IMG/VR virus record: IMGVR_UViG_3300023301_000006
Location: 8,424-72,423 of that record
Length of the DNA: 64,000 bases
Reading direction: 5' to 3' (one strand)
From: a virus
How positions within the stretch are numbered: position 1 is the stretch's first letter; every line of letters begins with the position of its first letter. This document shows, one piece after another, positions 31,277 through 42,305 of the stretch. A model generated the notes under the pieces. It saw nothing but the letters and a program-made list of their open reading frames with translations, did no database searches and was not told where the DNA came from. A program made the position numbers and the translations under genes.

Positions 31277-31792
31277 ATGACAAATTTAAAGAGGAATACA
31301 AGTGCTTTACTGGTAGTATTGGGTTTATTAATGCTAGGTTTACTAACTGGGTGTGGTGTAAACCAAATTGAGCCAAAAGAAACTGAAGTCGAAGTAGAGG
31401 AACCTACGGTCGAAGTAGAAGAAACTGAGGTTGCATTAGAAGACAGAGGTGTTGCCGCAAGTGATATATACACTCCAGAAGTGTTAGCCGCTTTTAGAAA
31501 GACTTGTGATACTTTTGAGAATAAACCAGAGAATGTAAGAGCAATGCAAAAGAAAATTGCCATCGAAGATTGGACTGAAAACGGTGTAACTGATTGGGAT
31601 ATGGTTGATTATATAATTGAAAAACAGATGGAAAACTACCATTGGTTCTTAAGTGAAGTAAATAGAACTGACTTTGACGGAACAGTTAATGAAGAAATAA
31701 TAATAATGTCACTTGCTACATGGTCATATGATTTTGAAATGATTAAATATGACTATGAAAAACAAGTAACAGCTTATTTAAAAGTGAATTAG
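31277..31792 (+). CDS. putative lipoprotein
   Basis: Signal peptide with lipobox LLTGC and acidic linker. Confidence 0.75.
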   Translation: MTNLKRNTSALLVVLGLLMLGLLTGCGVNQIEPKETEVEVEEPTVEVEETEVALEDRGVAASDIYTPEVLAAFRKTCDTFENKPENVRAMQKKIAIEDWTENGVTDWDMVDYIIEKQMENYHWFLSEVNRTDFDGTVNEEIIIMSLATWSYDFEMIKYDYEKQVTAYLKVN

Positions 31793-31801
31793 GAGGAGAT
31801 T

Positions 31802-32344
31802 ATGTCAAAGGGAAAAATGAGAGAATGTAAATCATGTGGAAAAGAAATTTCAGCAAAAGGTAAAGTTACTTGTCCAGAATGTGGAGCAGTAAATAAAAAG
31901 GCAATATATAAGAGAGCTTGGTTTATTATATTAGCTGTTTTAATAATCATGGGGGTATTAGGCTCTGGTGTGGAAGATGAGGCACAGTTGGCTGATGCAA
32001 CTCCAAATAGTCAAAATGAAGAAGAGATTGAAGTAACTGAAGTTAATATAGGAGAACTTTATGATGAATTAGAAGACAATGCTTTAAAGGCTTCTAATAC
32101 TTATAAGGGGAAATATATCCAAACAACTGGTAAATTAAGTAGTATTGATAGTTCTGGCGGTTATTTTACTTTAGAGCCTCTAGGTGGAGATTACATGTTT
32201 CAATCATTGCAGTGTCATATTAAAGAGAAGCACTTAGAACAAGTAATGGAATTTAACTCAGGACAAGAAGTAACTATAAAGGGTAAAGTTACTATGGTTG
32301 GAGAGTTTTTAGGCTACAGTGTAGATGTCGAAGTTATTGAATAA
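31802..32344 (+). CDS. Zn-ribbon membrane protein with OB-fold (tRNA_anti-like) ectodomain
   Basis: CKSC...CPECG, TM helix, NALKASNTYKGKYIQTTG, GQEVTIKG. Confidence 0.75.
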   Translation: MSKGKMRECKSCGKEISAKGKVTCPECGAVNKKAIYKRAWFIILAVLIIMGVLGSGVEDEAQLADATPNSQNEEEIEVTEVNIGELYDELEDNALKASNTYKGKYIQTTGKLSSIDSSGGYFTLEPLGGDYMFQSLQCHIKEKHLEQVMEFNSGQEVTIKGKVTMVGEFLGYSVDVEVIE

Positions 32345-32357
32345 TTAGGAGGAGATT

Positions 32358-32759
32358 ATGTCAACTAATGCCAATGTTAAGTTTTACAACGATGGTCAGT
32401 TCGTTGCAAATATGTATAAGCACTGGGACGGTTATCCAGAAGGTATTCTTCCTGTATTGTTGAGAAATATCGCATTAAAAGAAGAAACACAGGGGATTTC
32501 TGAAAATGCAACTATAAAAACACACTACAATGGATTTGGTTGTCTAGTTGCTCAAATTATAAAGGGATTCAAAAAAGGCATAGGTGATGTTTACTTAGAG
32601 CCAGAGGGAGATTCATCAGAATTCAATTACATTATTGATTACAATAAGGGTGAACTTAATTTTAGGGCTTATCATTATGATGAATTAATTTTTGATGGTG
32701 GTCTTGATACATTAATAGACAATTCAAGAGACCCCATGTACTGGCGTGAATTACGGTAA
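32358..32759 (+). CDS. conserved phage protein (YKHWDGYPEG motif)
   Basis: ORF track; RBS; terminator follows. Confidence 0.7.
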   Translation: MSTNANVKFYNDGQFVANMYKHWDGYPEGILPVLLRNIALKEETQGISENATIKTHYNGFGCLVAQIIKGFKKGIGDVYLEPEGDSSEFNYIIDYNKGELNFRAYHYDELIFDGGLDTLIDNSRDPMYWRELR

Positions 32760-32798
32760 TTAATCCAATGGAATAGGACATATAAATACAATTATCTT

Positions 32799-32833
32799 AA
32801 GAGCCTATTCTTAAAAAATAGGTTCTTTTTTTT
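32799..32833 (+). terminator. intrinsic terminator
   Basis: AGAGCCTATT...AATAGGTTCT followed by a T-tract. Confidence 0.7.
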
Positions 32834-32933
32834 ATTTGACAAGTCATAGGTTTTGTGTTATAATATATGTATAGTAAGATAATTGAAAAGAGCAATTGGT
32901 CTTTCTATATAAGAATATCTTTAGAAAGGAGGT

Positions 32934-33173
32934 ATGGACATGAAAGAAGACGTTTTAAAGAAAGTAGATAAGTTATCAGAACTGGTAAGAGAAATAGAAA
33001 GTCTCTATGTCGAAGTAGAGTCTATGTTCGATGAGCAATACGCAGAAGATTTTATCGAAGACGAAATAGAAAAGCAACAAGATGTCCTTTCCTCTTTATA
33101 TGACTTGAAGTCTATGTATGGCGACGCTTATAAACAGTATTGCATAATTTCAGAAGAGTATGAAGAAGAATAG
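32934..33173 (+). CDS. acidic hypothetical protein
   Basis: Own promoter and terminator (33181-33208). Confidence 0.65.
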   Translation: MDMKEDVLKKVDKLSELVREIESLYVEVESMFDEQYAEDFIEDEIEKQQDVLSSLYDLKSMYGDAYKQYCIISEEYEEE

Positions 33174-33335
33174 ATTGAGTAAGCCTCTAGTGTGGAGGCT
33201 TTTTTTATGAGAAAAATGTAGGTCGGAACGATTTTGTAATCTTTAATTTACATAGAATGTTATTGTAATTTTGTTCATTTTTTGATATAATATAATTAGA
33301 AGATAAAAAAGAAAAATAAAAAGAGAGAAGGTGTT

Positions 33336-33668
33336 ATGATGATTTTGCGAAGTTTTTTATTCGAGAGAGACATAACAATTATTAGACCAGAGAGTAAGAA
33401 ACAAGCCGAAGAACTAATGTTGGAGCTAAGCAGGAATGGTATTCGTTGGAATGGCGGTCGTTCGTTATTAGATGAAATGCACCTCCATACACGAAATAGG
33501 GAGTTCGCGTATTTACTCCAAAAATCTAGTGAAGGAGTATACTCTCTTACTCGTGGGTATTATTGGGGTTACCTTGAAGATATGAAAAAATATAAAAGAT
33601 ATCCTAGTGGTTCTATATACTCTTATACCAACGTTGTGGTAGGTAGCTTCATTTATAGTGTTATATAG
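33336..33668 (+). CDS. family B protein
   Basis: ELSRNGIRWNGGRSL; ends FIYSVI. Confidence 0.7.
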   Translation: MMILRSFLFERDITIIRPESKKQAEELMLELSRNGIRWNGGRSLLDEMHLHTRNREFAYLLQKSSEGVYSLTRGYYWGYLEDMKKYKRYPSGSIYSYTNVVVGSFIYSVI

Positions 33669-33681
33669 AAGGGAGGTAGTA

Positions 33682-34044
33682 ATGCAAAAATTAAAAAAAT
33701 TTAAACTTGACAAAAACGAAAGCTTTGTTGTTCACGTTATTGATGAAGAACAAGGGGAAGTCTTATTACGCATTTTAGACTCCATGGGATTTAAGTGGAG
33801 TGGAGGATTCTCCTTATTAGAAGAGACACATTATAAAGATAAGTCAAGTATCGCTTACGAGATACAGGAAGGAGAAGGCAATTTTGTGGTCTACTATTCT
33901 TCATTAGGGTTTTATGAAAGATACTACGAAGTTAATTGTAAAAAGTACACACATGCTCTTGAAAATCCAGTAAGATTAGAAGCATACAAAATTTATTCAT
34001 TCGAAGATGCGATTTCAAGAGACAGTATATATCAAATTATATAA
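33682..34044 (+). CDS. family B protein
   Basis: LDSMGFKWSGGFSL; ends SIYQII; start after GGGAGGT. Confidence 0.7.
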   Translation: MQKLKKFKLDKNESFVVHVIDEEQGEVLLRILDSMGFKWSGGFSLLEETHYKDKSSIAYEIQEGEGNFVVYYSSLGFYERYYEVNCKKYTHALENPVRLEAYKIYSFEDAISRDSIYQII

Positions 34045-34119
34045 AAATAGTTATTGTAATTTCGCTTATTTTTTGATATAATATAAGTATAAGATAAAAA
34101 AAATAAAAGGAGTGAAAAA

Positions 34120-34374
34120 ATGTTTGGTATTCATTGTGAGGTAGCAAAAGGAAAATATGACTTCCCTATAAAAATATTATACATATTTGATGAGAAGTTT
34201 GAAGGAGAAAAAAACTGGGACAATTTCTATAGAATTTTAAACACTAGATTTGGTATTAGAAAAGTAAAAACTCTCGAGACATTTATTTTTGAAGATTACA
34301 ATAAAGTTTCATTTAAATATGGTGGATACATAAATCTATCTTCTCACTTAGAAAGTTTTGATATTGAAAAATAA
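34120..34374 (+). CDS. hypothetical protein
   Basis: Promoter, RBS, ORF track. Confidence 0.6.
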   Translation: MFGIHCEVAKGKYDFPIKILYIFDEKFEGEKNWDNFYRILNTRFGIRKVKTLETFIFEDYNKVSFKYGGYINLSSHLESFDIEK

Positions 34375-34457
34375 TAAAAATTGTTATTGAAATTTTGTCC
34401 ATAATGTTATATAATATATATAGAAGATAAAAAAAAGAAAAACTAAGGAGGAAGATT

Positions 34458-35000
34458 GTGAAAACAAAAAAATTCTTATCTGAAGAAAGTTTAAATAAGA
34501 TGGCAAAATATATTACTGAGTTAGGTGAAGGTATTAGAGAAGAATCAATTGCAGATATCTTTAAATCAGATTTTGAAAAAAAGAAGTTCCTAGATTTTAA
34601 ATTAGAAGAGGTGAAGAAAAACAAGAAGTATCTTCCAATAATGAATTTCACTGACTGTTTACCTTATGAAAAAAAACAGGGAGTCTTAGACATTTTTGAA
34701 AAAGAATATGGGATGTCAGGGTATACTCACGAGATTTTAATAATTACAGAAATGTTCTTATTATTGGGAATAGATATTAAATTAGAAGACGTGGGGAAAA
34801 TTGCAACTGCACAGAAGTACGCGAAAGAAGCAGTCGTATATTACCTACTTATAAATTTTGATGTAACTACAAGTATGGAAATGTTAATCTTTCACCAGAG
34901 AGTGTCTTCTTCTATTATAAAAGGGACAAGCAAAGTAAAATTATACAAGTCTAAAGTTATTAAAAATAATATAGTGGATAGTATGAAAGGGGTAAATTAA
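34458..35000 (+). CDS. hypothetical protein
   Basis: Promoter, AAGGAGG, GTG start. Confidence 0.65.
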   Translation: MKTKKFLSEESLNKMAKYITELGEGIREESIADIFKSDFEKKKFLDFKLEEVKKNKKYLPIMNFTDCLPYEKKQGVLDIFEKEYGMSGYTHEILIITEMFLLLGIDIKLEDVGKIATAQKYAKEAVVYYLLINFDVTTSMEMLIFHQRVSSSIIKGTSKVKLYKSKVIKNNIVDSMKGVN

Positions 35001-35647
35001 TGGAAATGCAAAGAAAACCTTATGAAAAAAAATCATTTTATTTACTTTATGGCAGTTTCGTAGGTAACTTCATATTTAAGAATCTATTGTCTGGTTTAAA
35101 GTTGGAGGGGAAACCTTATGGCTCAGGAATAGAAATACTTAACATAGGAAACAGAATACTTTCTGGAGGATTAGTAGGTTTAGATGTTTTTGACGAAGAA
35201 GAAGTTCTTAGACCATTTTTTAATTCAGTGCATGCTTTGTTCCTTTATGAAACACATTTATTTTACACTGGTCATTCTTTCTTAGAAATATATTTCCCAA
35301 GTGAAGAGCAAGTTATTGAACTAGACTTAATTATAAAGTCAAAAGGGGATTACAAAGGGTATTTAGACCAAGAAGAGATAGAGTATCGTCTAATGAGTAA
35401 TCTAGACGAGTATAATTTTGATAACTTCACGTTCGAAAAAGAGAATTATATCGATACTATAGTAGACTATCTTCCAGACGGAGGATTCATTCCTAATTTG
35501 AAGTTAATTAAAAGAGAAATAGACTACTTCTTTAATGAAAGTAAATCCTTTCTTGAGGGGTGGAGTGGAGACTTTTTCGATGGAATAGGACAAATTTATA
35601 GTAGCGAAAAAATTGAATTTACTATTATGGGTGAATTACTAGAATAG
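35000..35647 (+). CDS. hypothetical protein
   Basis: TAATG overlap with the upstream gene. Confidence 0.65.
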   Translation: MEMQRKPYEKKSFYLLYGSFVGNFIFKNLLSGLKLEGKPYGSGIEILNIGNRILSGGLVGLDVFDEEEVLRPFFNSVHALFLYETHLFYTGHSFLEIYFPSEEQVIELDLIIKSKGDYKGYLDQEEIEYRLMSNLDEYNFDNFTFEKENYIDTIVDYLPDGGFIPNLKLIKREIDYFFNESKSFLEGWSGDFFDGIGQIYSSEKIEFTIMGELLE

Positions 35648-35670
35648 AAGAGTGATAGGGGGATTTAAAA

Positions 35671-35964
35671 ATGATTACTAAAAAAAGTGATAAGATAGAC
35701 TACGACAAAATAATCAATGAAGATGTTAAAGAAAAATTATCAGAGAAAGCACAGGCTGTATTGAAAGCAGTTATAACGTTAAAAAACAACGGCGAAGAGA
35801 ATATAACTAATCAAATGGTTAGTGAACAATTAGATTTAACTCCAAGACAAGTAGTGGGAGTTATGAATGGGATCGTAAAGAAAGGGTTGCTAGTTCGAGA
35901 CAAGGCAGAGATGATGGTAAAAAAAGAAGTTACTATTTTTAAAATGCCTAAATTGGGGGAATAA
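35671..35964 (+). CDS. winged-helix DNA-binding protein
   Basis: ITNQMVSEQLDLTPRQVVGVMNGIVKKGLL HTH pattern. Confidence 0.65.
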   Translation: MITKKSDKIDYDKIINEDVKEKLSEKAQAVLKAVITLKNNGEENITNQMVSEQLDLTPRQVVGVMNGIVKKGLLVRDKAEMMVKKEVTIFKMPKLGE

Positions 35965-35965
35965 T

Positions 35966-36235
35966 ATGGAGAATAAGATAAGAGCTCTAATGAAAGAAAA
36001 GGAAATGGAATTAGAGAGTGAATTAAATACTTTTTCCCACGCAGTCTATGAGGTAGATGGAAGTATTTATGTTAACGCGACAAGTGAGATTTTTAATGGC
36101 ATAACTTATAAAATAGACAATCCAAGTATGAATTTATGTCCAAGTGAAGACAAGGACTTGGAGTGGTATATTGACAAAATTGTTGATTACTACAACTTCA
36201 TTTTAAGTTATTTAGAATTAACACAATACCAATAG
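35966..36235 (+). CDS. hypothetical protein
   Basis: ORF track, operon packing. Confidence 0.6.
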   Translation: MENKIRALMKEKEMELESELNTFSHAVYEVDGSIYVNATSEIFNGITYKIDNPSMNLCPSEDKDLEWYIDKIVDYYNFILSYLELTQYQ

Positions 36236-36246
36236 GAGGTAGTAGT

Positions 36247-36591
36247 ATGATAAATTTAGTAACAGGAATGACATACTTAAATAGAGATAAAGTATTAAAG
36301 GTGGAGTTAACCCTCGACCAAGACAAAGAAATACTATCTAGTGGTGACTTGGGTAAAAATCTTTTTGGCAAACACGTATTCTACAAAGAAAAGCCTGAAG
36401 ATAGTAAAGTTGCTAAAGGTCAAGGCATATTGACGGCTGACCCATTTATTGACTATCCAGAAGAATCAGTTTTAACTTATGTAGGGTTGGATAAAAAAAA
36501 TAATGGCGAAAAGAATTTCGATTTAATGTGTAAGGTTCTAAATTCTAATGGTTTACTAAATCAGAGGAGACTGTTAAAGTTAAGAAAATAG
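36247..36591 (+). CDS. hypothetical protein
   Basis: AGGAGGT RBS; terminator follows. Confidence 0.65.
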   Translation: MINLVTGMTYLNRDKVLKVELTLDQDKEILSSGDLGKNLFGKHVFYKEKPEDSKVAKGQGILTADPFIDYPEESVLTYVGLDKKNNGEKNFDLMCKVLNSNGLLNQRRLLKLRK

Positions 36592-36597
36592 AGTTGT

Positions 36598-36628
36598 AAT
36601 ACTACCTTCGAAGGGTAGTATTTTTTTA
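36598..36628 (+). terminator. intrinsic terminator at the strand convergence
   Basis: AATACTACC-TTCGAAG-GGTAGTATT then a T-tract. Confidence 0.75.
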
Positions 36629-36707
36629 CGTTAAAATGGGTGCTGTCCCTCGGAAACGAATTGTAAATTTTAATATACAAAAAAAATAAGACCCAAGTTT
36701 CTAGGTC

Positions 36708-38030
36708 TTAGAGGAATCAGTTTTGTTTATGTGTTTTCTCTTCTACACAATACTCGCAGACATTATCTACCATCTCTTCTGAAAGGACAAATTCAGCACA
36801 TTCTTCACAGCAAGAGTATTCTCTTGAGCACCTATTACAAACCCAAGTATCGTATCCAGTGAAGTGTGCACTATCTACATGCTCTGTAACACCACAATCT
36901 TCACAATATATGAAATTCTCATTGAAACAAATTTCACATACGTTGCCCTCTTCTGTCGCATATATGTTTTCACTGTGATGGAAGTCTCCACAATAAGCAC
37001 ACTCTTCTCCTTCCCTATAACAATTACACAAATCAACACTACCGCAACTTGGACAAGAGTAATCTTCAATTTGTCTTAAACCTGCGATGTATTCGTTGTC
37101 TGCCCTAAACTTTACATTAAGGACAGTAGAATCAACATAAGCATGGGTAAAATAATAATTATCAAGTGTCTGTTTAGTTGTTATCTCCCCATCTGCTAGC
37201 TCTTGAATCTTTTCTTTGATTTTTTCATTAAAGAATTTATTCTCAAAAGGGTAATTCTTTTTTAAGTCTACTGAAACTACAGGGTCGTTGTCATTAAATG
37301 ACTGAGTGGAAGTGACAAAAATTAAAGAACGCCATTTCTTATTATCAACTGCTCCAAGATAAGGCTTTGATGATTTAGTGTAGGCTACTGCTATCGAAGG
37401 ACTGTTTAGATACTCTATTAATCCTAATTTATAACTGTGTTCTGAGTCTGTAGACATACAACTTCTCCAATTATTTGTATTACTACTCATGGATATGATA
37501 TCTTCCAATTTTGTACTAATGTATATTGTCTCTTTCCCTTGTAAGTTTTGTATGAGCATAGAATACTCTTTCAAAAAAAACGTTGCAACTTCATCGTTTA
37601 AATAGGTTTTAAAAATCTTACTAATCACCTTTGTAATTTTCATACCTTTTTGGAATTTTAAATCCCTATACTCTTTTTTTTCTTCAAGTCTATTATTCTT
37701 TATATACTTGAAAATACCCACTGATGAATTAATTCCAGAATCTTTAACAAACTGGTACATGTGCTCTACGACTAGATAAGATAGTTTAATCTTATTACTA
37801 AAATTCAACACCTTGGAGAAAGTACTTAATAGCTTATCAGAGGTATCTTCCCTACTTTCAGAGTGTTCTACCTCGAATGAAATCTTTTCTTTTCCGCCCA
37901 ACAGGAACTTACGTATTGTCTTCTTCTTTTCGTCCCATTCCTCGTACATTTCTTCAATAAAAAGTCTTGCAAAGTCAACGTTCTCATAAATCTTACCTAA
38001 TTGTACTGACATGAAATCAATTTTATCCAT
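36708..38030 (-). CDS. W-x-S-C family protein with multiple C-terminal CxxC repeats
   Basis: NWRSCM, KKWRSL, KNYP; TGA at 36717 followed by FL-TAA. Confidence 0.72.
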
Positions 38031-38044
38031 AGTATTTCCTCCCT

Positions 38045-38539
38045 TTATATTAAGAACTCTTTATCGTATCTGTTTACTAAATTAGCATTATAAAAATCAT
38101 AATCTCCAGTTACTTCTTCAGCGATATCTTCAATAGCTCCAACAAAACTCTCTGCATCAACAACACTTTCAAATTCCTTTTCTATTAAAACTAGTGACCT
38201 ATCTTGAAAAACGTCTACTTCATATTCTTCAGAACAATATACAACAACAAGTCTACTTTTAGACAGGGAGTTCACTTCTTTTCCACCGAAAAGCTCCATC
38301 TTTTCATCAAAGTCCTTCATTGTTGTTCTGAAGGTTAGTTCATTCCTTACAAGTCCAAACCCTTCTTTATATACAACTAAAGGCTCTTTTTGTTTAAGTC
38401 GAATTCTAATTTCATGTTCTCCCATGGATAAATATTTTTGGTATATATGGATTATCTTAATTATTTCACACTCTCTTAAGAATTCTTCAACGTCACCTTT
38501 AAACCACCATTTTCTTTCTATTTCCATCTTCTGTTTCAT
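38045..38539 (-). CDS. CYTH-domain protein
   Basis: MEIERKW, IRIR, KEG.GLVRNE, KSR, IEKEF. Confidence 0.8.
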   Translation of the reverse strand: MKQKMEIERKWWFKGDVEEFLRECEIIKIIHIYQKYLSMGEHEIRIRLKQKEPLVVYKEGFGLVRNELTFRTTMKDFDEKMELFGGKEVNSLSKSRLVVVYCSEEYEVDVFQDRSLVLIEKEFESVVDAESFVGAIEDIAEEVTGDYDFYNANLVNRYDKEFLI

Positions 38540-39045
38540 TATTCTACGCCTCCTTTAGCTTCAAAAAAAATCTCAATTTCATGCATTGGGACTGGTTTGT
38601 AGTTGCTTAGTTCAACTCCTACGTTACAGTGGAATTTATCGTCCATTTTGCCGTTGTGTAGATGCCCATGGATATTAGCATAGGGCATATGCTCATTCAT
38701 AAAAACTGGTTCATGTGAAAGAATATAAACTCCTTTGTAAATAATTGGAAATTCAGACACTTGCCAAAACCCACATTTTCCCCACCAGCTTGCAGTTCTA
38801 TGTTTATCATGGTTCCCCATAATAAGAACGATGTGTCCGTTCAGTTGTGAAAAGATTTCTTTAATTCTATCTTGACCAGCAAAGGCGAAATCTCCCATGT
38901 GAAATACCTTGTCTCCTTTACTAACAATATTATTCCATGCTTTAATCATTTCTTTGTCCATTTGCTTTGTATTTTCAAATGGTCTGCCAGTGTATTTAAT
39001 AACGTTCTGATGACCAAAATGATGGTCTGATGTAAAGTATACCAT
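38539..39045 (-). CDS. calcineurin-like metallophosphoesterase
   Basis: DHHFGH, GD, GNHD, SHEP, HGHLH. Confidence 0.88.
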   Translation of the reverse strand: MVYFTSDHHFGHQNVIKYTGRPFENTKQMDKEMIKAWNNIVSKGDKVFHMGDFAFAGQDRIKEIFSQLNGHIVLIMGNHDKHRTASWWGKCGFWQVSEFPIIYKGVYILSHEPVFMNEHMPYANIHGHLHNGKMDDKFHCNVGVELSNYKPVPMHEIEIFFEAKGGVE

Positions 39046-39152
39046 ATTGTTACCTCCTTAATATTTTTTTCTTTTTTTATCTTCTAATTATATTATATCA
39101 TTAAACAAAAAAAATAGCAATAACAAATTTTATTTTGTTACTGCTTGAGTAT

Positions 39153-39635
39153 TTAGTTTTTAAGCACTGTAAAATTATCCAAGTCCAGTCCTTTGAATCT
39201 TCCTATGTCTAATACAAACCTTCTAATTCCTTTTTTAAACCCATCTCTTTTAATAAGCCTAATTACCCTTGTGTACCATTTAGAGTCAATAAATATAGGA
39301 ATAACATTTTTTGCCCCAACAACTTTGGCAAACTGTTCAGGACCATCAACACCAGTAACTAAAATATTCACACAGTGTTCATGTAAATGCTCAACACTCG
39401 TGCCATATGTATTACCATAGATACTCATTTGTTGGAGTATGTTTAAGTTTTTAACTTCATCTTTAGTTATAAAATGATAATCGACCCCGTCTACTTCATT
39501 AGGTCTTTGCGGTCTGGTAGTAAAACTAACCAACTTCCTCCACTGCAAAGAGGATTTTAAAAACTTACTCTCAAAAAAAGTTTTTCCTGAGCCGCTAGGT
39601 CCTACTATTACTATTACTACTGCATGTAATTTCAC
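39153..39635 (-). CDS. gmk: guanylate kinase-like protein
   Basis: GPSGSGKT, TTRPQRPNEVDGVDYHF, YGNTYGT. Confidence 0.82.
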   Translation of the reverse strand: MKLHAVVIVIVGPSGSGKTFFESKFLKSSLQWRKLVSFTTRPQRPNEVDGVDYHFITKDEVKNLNILQQMSIYGNTYGTSVEHLHEHCVNILVTGVDGPEQFAKVVGAKNVIPIFIDSKWYTRVIRLIKRDGFKKGIRRFVLDIGRFKGLDLDNFTVLKN

Positions 39636-39645
39636 ACTTACCTCC

Positions 39646-40248
39646 TTAATCCAACATCTTATAATCTGCTTTTGGGTTCTTAAATATTTCTAAATATCTT
39701 TCTCTAATTTCTTTATAATTCTCTATTATTACTTCAGGACAGAATTGCTCTATGCAATCAAAATCGTCATTCTCAAAGGCTTTTCTTATCTTCGTGGCAC
39801 TAAGTGCATTAAATACTTTTTGTCGCTCTACGTAGATTATAGAAACTCGTTTTTGTATAAAATGACTATGTTTGAACCAAAGTTTGATAAAATTTAAGTC
39901 ATCAGAGTAATAAATACTAAAGTGCTTTTGGCGAATTCTTGCTACAATATTGTAATATAAATATTCTCCCCACTTATCTAATTCCATCATTCCATTTTCT
40001 TTCCCCCAGTCAGGTAATTCCATAACTTTAATTTTCGACACGTCTTCTTCTGAAAAATTCTTAGATATGTGTCTGTACAGATATGTTACTCTTTCTGAAT
40101 GGGAGAATGGGTTTCTTAGAGTTTCTTGTTTGTTGCTTGAGCCTAATACAATAAGCACCATGTCGTTTTCCTTACAGGCTTTCTCAATCATCCATAAATG
40201 TGCATTGTGCATTGGTTGCATTCTTGCTAAAAATACTCCTACTTTCAT
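39646..40248 (-). CDS. NMN adenylyltransferase (NadM-like nucleotidyltransferase)
   Basis: ARMQPMHNAH, GSS, RNPFS..ER, SATKIR. Confidence 0.8.
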   Translation of the reverse strand: MKVGVFLARMQPMHNAHLWMIEKACKENDMVLIVLGSSNKQETLRNPFSHSERVTYLYRHISKNFSEEDVSKIKVMELPDWGKENGMMELDKWGEYLYYNIVARIRQKHFSIYYSDDLNFIKLWFKHSHFIQKRVSIIYVERQKVFNALSATKIRKAFENDDFDCIEQFCPEVIIENYKEIRERYLEIFKNPKADYKMLD

Positions 40249-40249
40249 A

Positions 40250-40567
40250 TTAAAAGTCCTCCTTTTTTACGTGATACTTAGCATAATTTTGAATTGCACT
40301 CTTATATATTTCTTTACCTCTCACTAAGAGGAAAACGGCAATTAAGAATAGAATTATTATTCCTACCAACATAAAGTTAAACAGGAAGTATAGAAGCGTG
40401 AACAACAACGTAAAAAACAATATCGATTCCATAGTTCCAAGTATAATAGTAGATAAGACATCAACTTGTCCGTGGTATGCCGTAGGGAAAAAATAGTATC
40501 TCATGAAAACTGGTAAAGAGAATAGAGCTATTGAAAGCAACATACAAATTTGTATAGACATACCCAT
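40250..40567 (-). CDS. membrane protein
   Basis: Three hydrophobic segments; overlaps the nadR stop. Confidence 0.6.
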   Translation of the reverse strand: MGMSIQICMLLSIALFSLPVFMRYYFFPTAYHGQVDVLSTIILGTMESILFFTLLFTLLYFLFNFMLVGIIILFLIAVFLLVRGKEIYKSAIQNYAKYHVKKEDF

Positions 40568-41592
40568 TAAACAACACCTCCTGAATTGATTAAATCATTG
40601 ACCAACTTAAAAGATTTATTAAATCTGTTTAGATAGTCTCCATTGATTATCTTATACTCTATCCCAAGTTCATCAAACATTCCTTTTAATACTTCATTGT
40701 TGTCTTCCCTAACCTTTTCCTCACCTTGGTCACGTAGTCCGTCTGCAACCCATTTTACATCAGGTTCAAGAAACAAGTATAAATCATACTCTTGATTTTT
40801 TGCCATCTCATTATATAGTTTTTTCTCATTATTGAAGTATATATCAAAATAGTATTGTGTTACAACTACCTCACTATCAATGAACAATACTTTGTTTGAG
40901 TCTTTTACCTTATCTATCTCATGTACTTTCTGTTTAAAGGCAATCTCATCGAACATATCCTTTGTAAGGAAGTTGGAATATTCTTCGCAAATATCTCTCC
41001 CATACTCTGCAACGTAATTGGTATTGAATACTCTTGCTAAGTTTTTAACAAGAGTGGATTTACCACAACTCTCTGTTCCAATGACTGCAATTCTTTTAAC
41101 AAATTCCGCACGAACGTAATTAGGCATCTTGTCCCAATTCCCATAGACATCTTGTCTAATTTCTGTCGCACTTACGTTTACTACATTTCTTTCATTGTCG
41201 ATTACGATATGTTTCGCATTTGGGTATAATCTATCAAAGGTTTCAGAATATCCAATCTCTGAGCTAAAGACAAAATCTATTTTTTCCCCTATCTCTTTTT
41301 TAATTTTCTCTGCTCCTTCTTCCCATGAATAATCTTCAACCCCATAATCATCTTCAATTTCTATTATGAACACGTTGTCTATCTCTGAAGCAAGTTTCCC
41401 CAACCAAGAGAGTCTTGTGGAAGGGTCTACATAAGGAAAGTTGTCCTTGATACTTAGTTTCTTCTCTCTCTTTTCTGAATGTGTCATTACAACATATAGT
41501 TTATCTACTAAATTTGACGCATAAGTTATTGCAAACACATGCCCTGAATGTAATGGATAAAATTTACCACCAATAAAACCTACTGTTTTCAT
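40567..41592 (-). CDS. nadR: NadR-like NMN adenylyltransferase / nicotinamide riboside kinase (no HTH)
   Basis: GKFYPLHSGH, VSATEIR, GTESCGKSTL, EYGR, WVADGLR. Confidence 0.9.
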   Translation of the reverse strand: MKTVGFIGGKFYPLHSGHVFAITYASNLVDKLYVVMTHSEKREKKLSIKDNFPYVDPSTRLSWLGKLASEIDNVFIIEIEDDYGVEDYSWEEGAEKIKKEIGEKIDFVFSSEIGYSETFDRLYPNAKHIVIDNERNVVNVSATEIRQDVYGNWDKMPNYVRAEFVKRIAVIGTESCGKSTLVKNLARVFNTNYVAEYGRDICEEYSNFLTKDMFDEIAFKQKVHEIDKVKDSNKVLFIDSEVVVTQYYFDIYFNNEKKLYNEMAKNQEYDLYLFLEPDVKWVADGLRDQGEEKVREDNNEVLKGMFDELGIEYKIINGDYLNRFNKSFKLVNDLINSGGVV

Positions 41593-41604
41593 ACTATTAA
41601 CCTC

Positions 41605-42291
41605 CTATAATATCTTAAGAACTCTACGGAACATTCCATGAAATCTACCAATGTCTCTATCAAGATGATAGTGTCCGTAATACCATTGATAATCATGCTT
41701 GTGCTCTCTTAGTCTATTTCGAATAACGTTCATTTGAACTTCTGTGGGGTCGTCATAGTTGTTTTCCACAAGCTTTTCAGCAATTGAGTAAGGAGGTGCG
41801 TGTGTAATAACAAAGTCAATGTTCTTCTGACACTCCTCAATTGCTTTTATTGCTCTAATAGCTTCTTCATAAGTTGGTTCTTCTTCTTTCCACCAAGAAA
41901 CAAACTCTGTTCTAAAGGCTTTGTCATGACTTCTTGCTCCGCCGAATGTCAAGAAAGTTTTTCCTTGAATATCATACACTTGACCTCTTTTTAAATGAAA
42001 TACAGAATCATTAATTTTCCCAACCTTACCACCATACTTGTCAATAACAGGATATTGGTGAAGTAAATTAAAATTCTCATGGTTGCCGTCAACGAATAGA
42101 GTTGTAAAACTCTTTTCACTCAACCAATCCAACCAATACCTCATCTCGCTATTGTCTTTCCAAATTATACCAAAATCGCCACAGATAATAACAACATCTT
42201 CTTTAGTCATTTTCCGTTGGTCTGGAAAGTTATCTATACTTAGTCTTCTAATGTCAATGTTACCATGGGTGTCCCCAGTAATATAAATCAT
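41605..42291 (-). CDS. calcineurin-like metallophosphoesterase
   Basis: GDTHG, GDFG, GNHE, GGA.S.D, THAPP, GHYH. Confidence 0.88.
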   Translation of the reverse strand: MIYITGDTHGNIDIRRLSIDNFPDQRKMTKEDVVIICGDFGIIWKDNSEMRYWLDWLSEKSFTTLFVDGNHENFNLLHQYPVIDKYGGKVGKINDSVFHLKRGQVYDIQGKTFLTFGGARSHDKAFRTEFVSWWKEEEPTYEEAIRAIKAIEECQKNIDFVITHAPPYSIAEKLVENNYDDPTEVQMNVIRNRLREHKHDYQWYYGHYHLDRDIGRFHGMFRRVLKIL

Positions 42292-42305
42292 CGTTTCACT
42301 CTCCT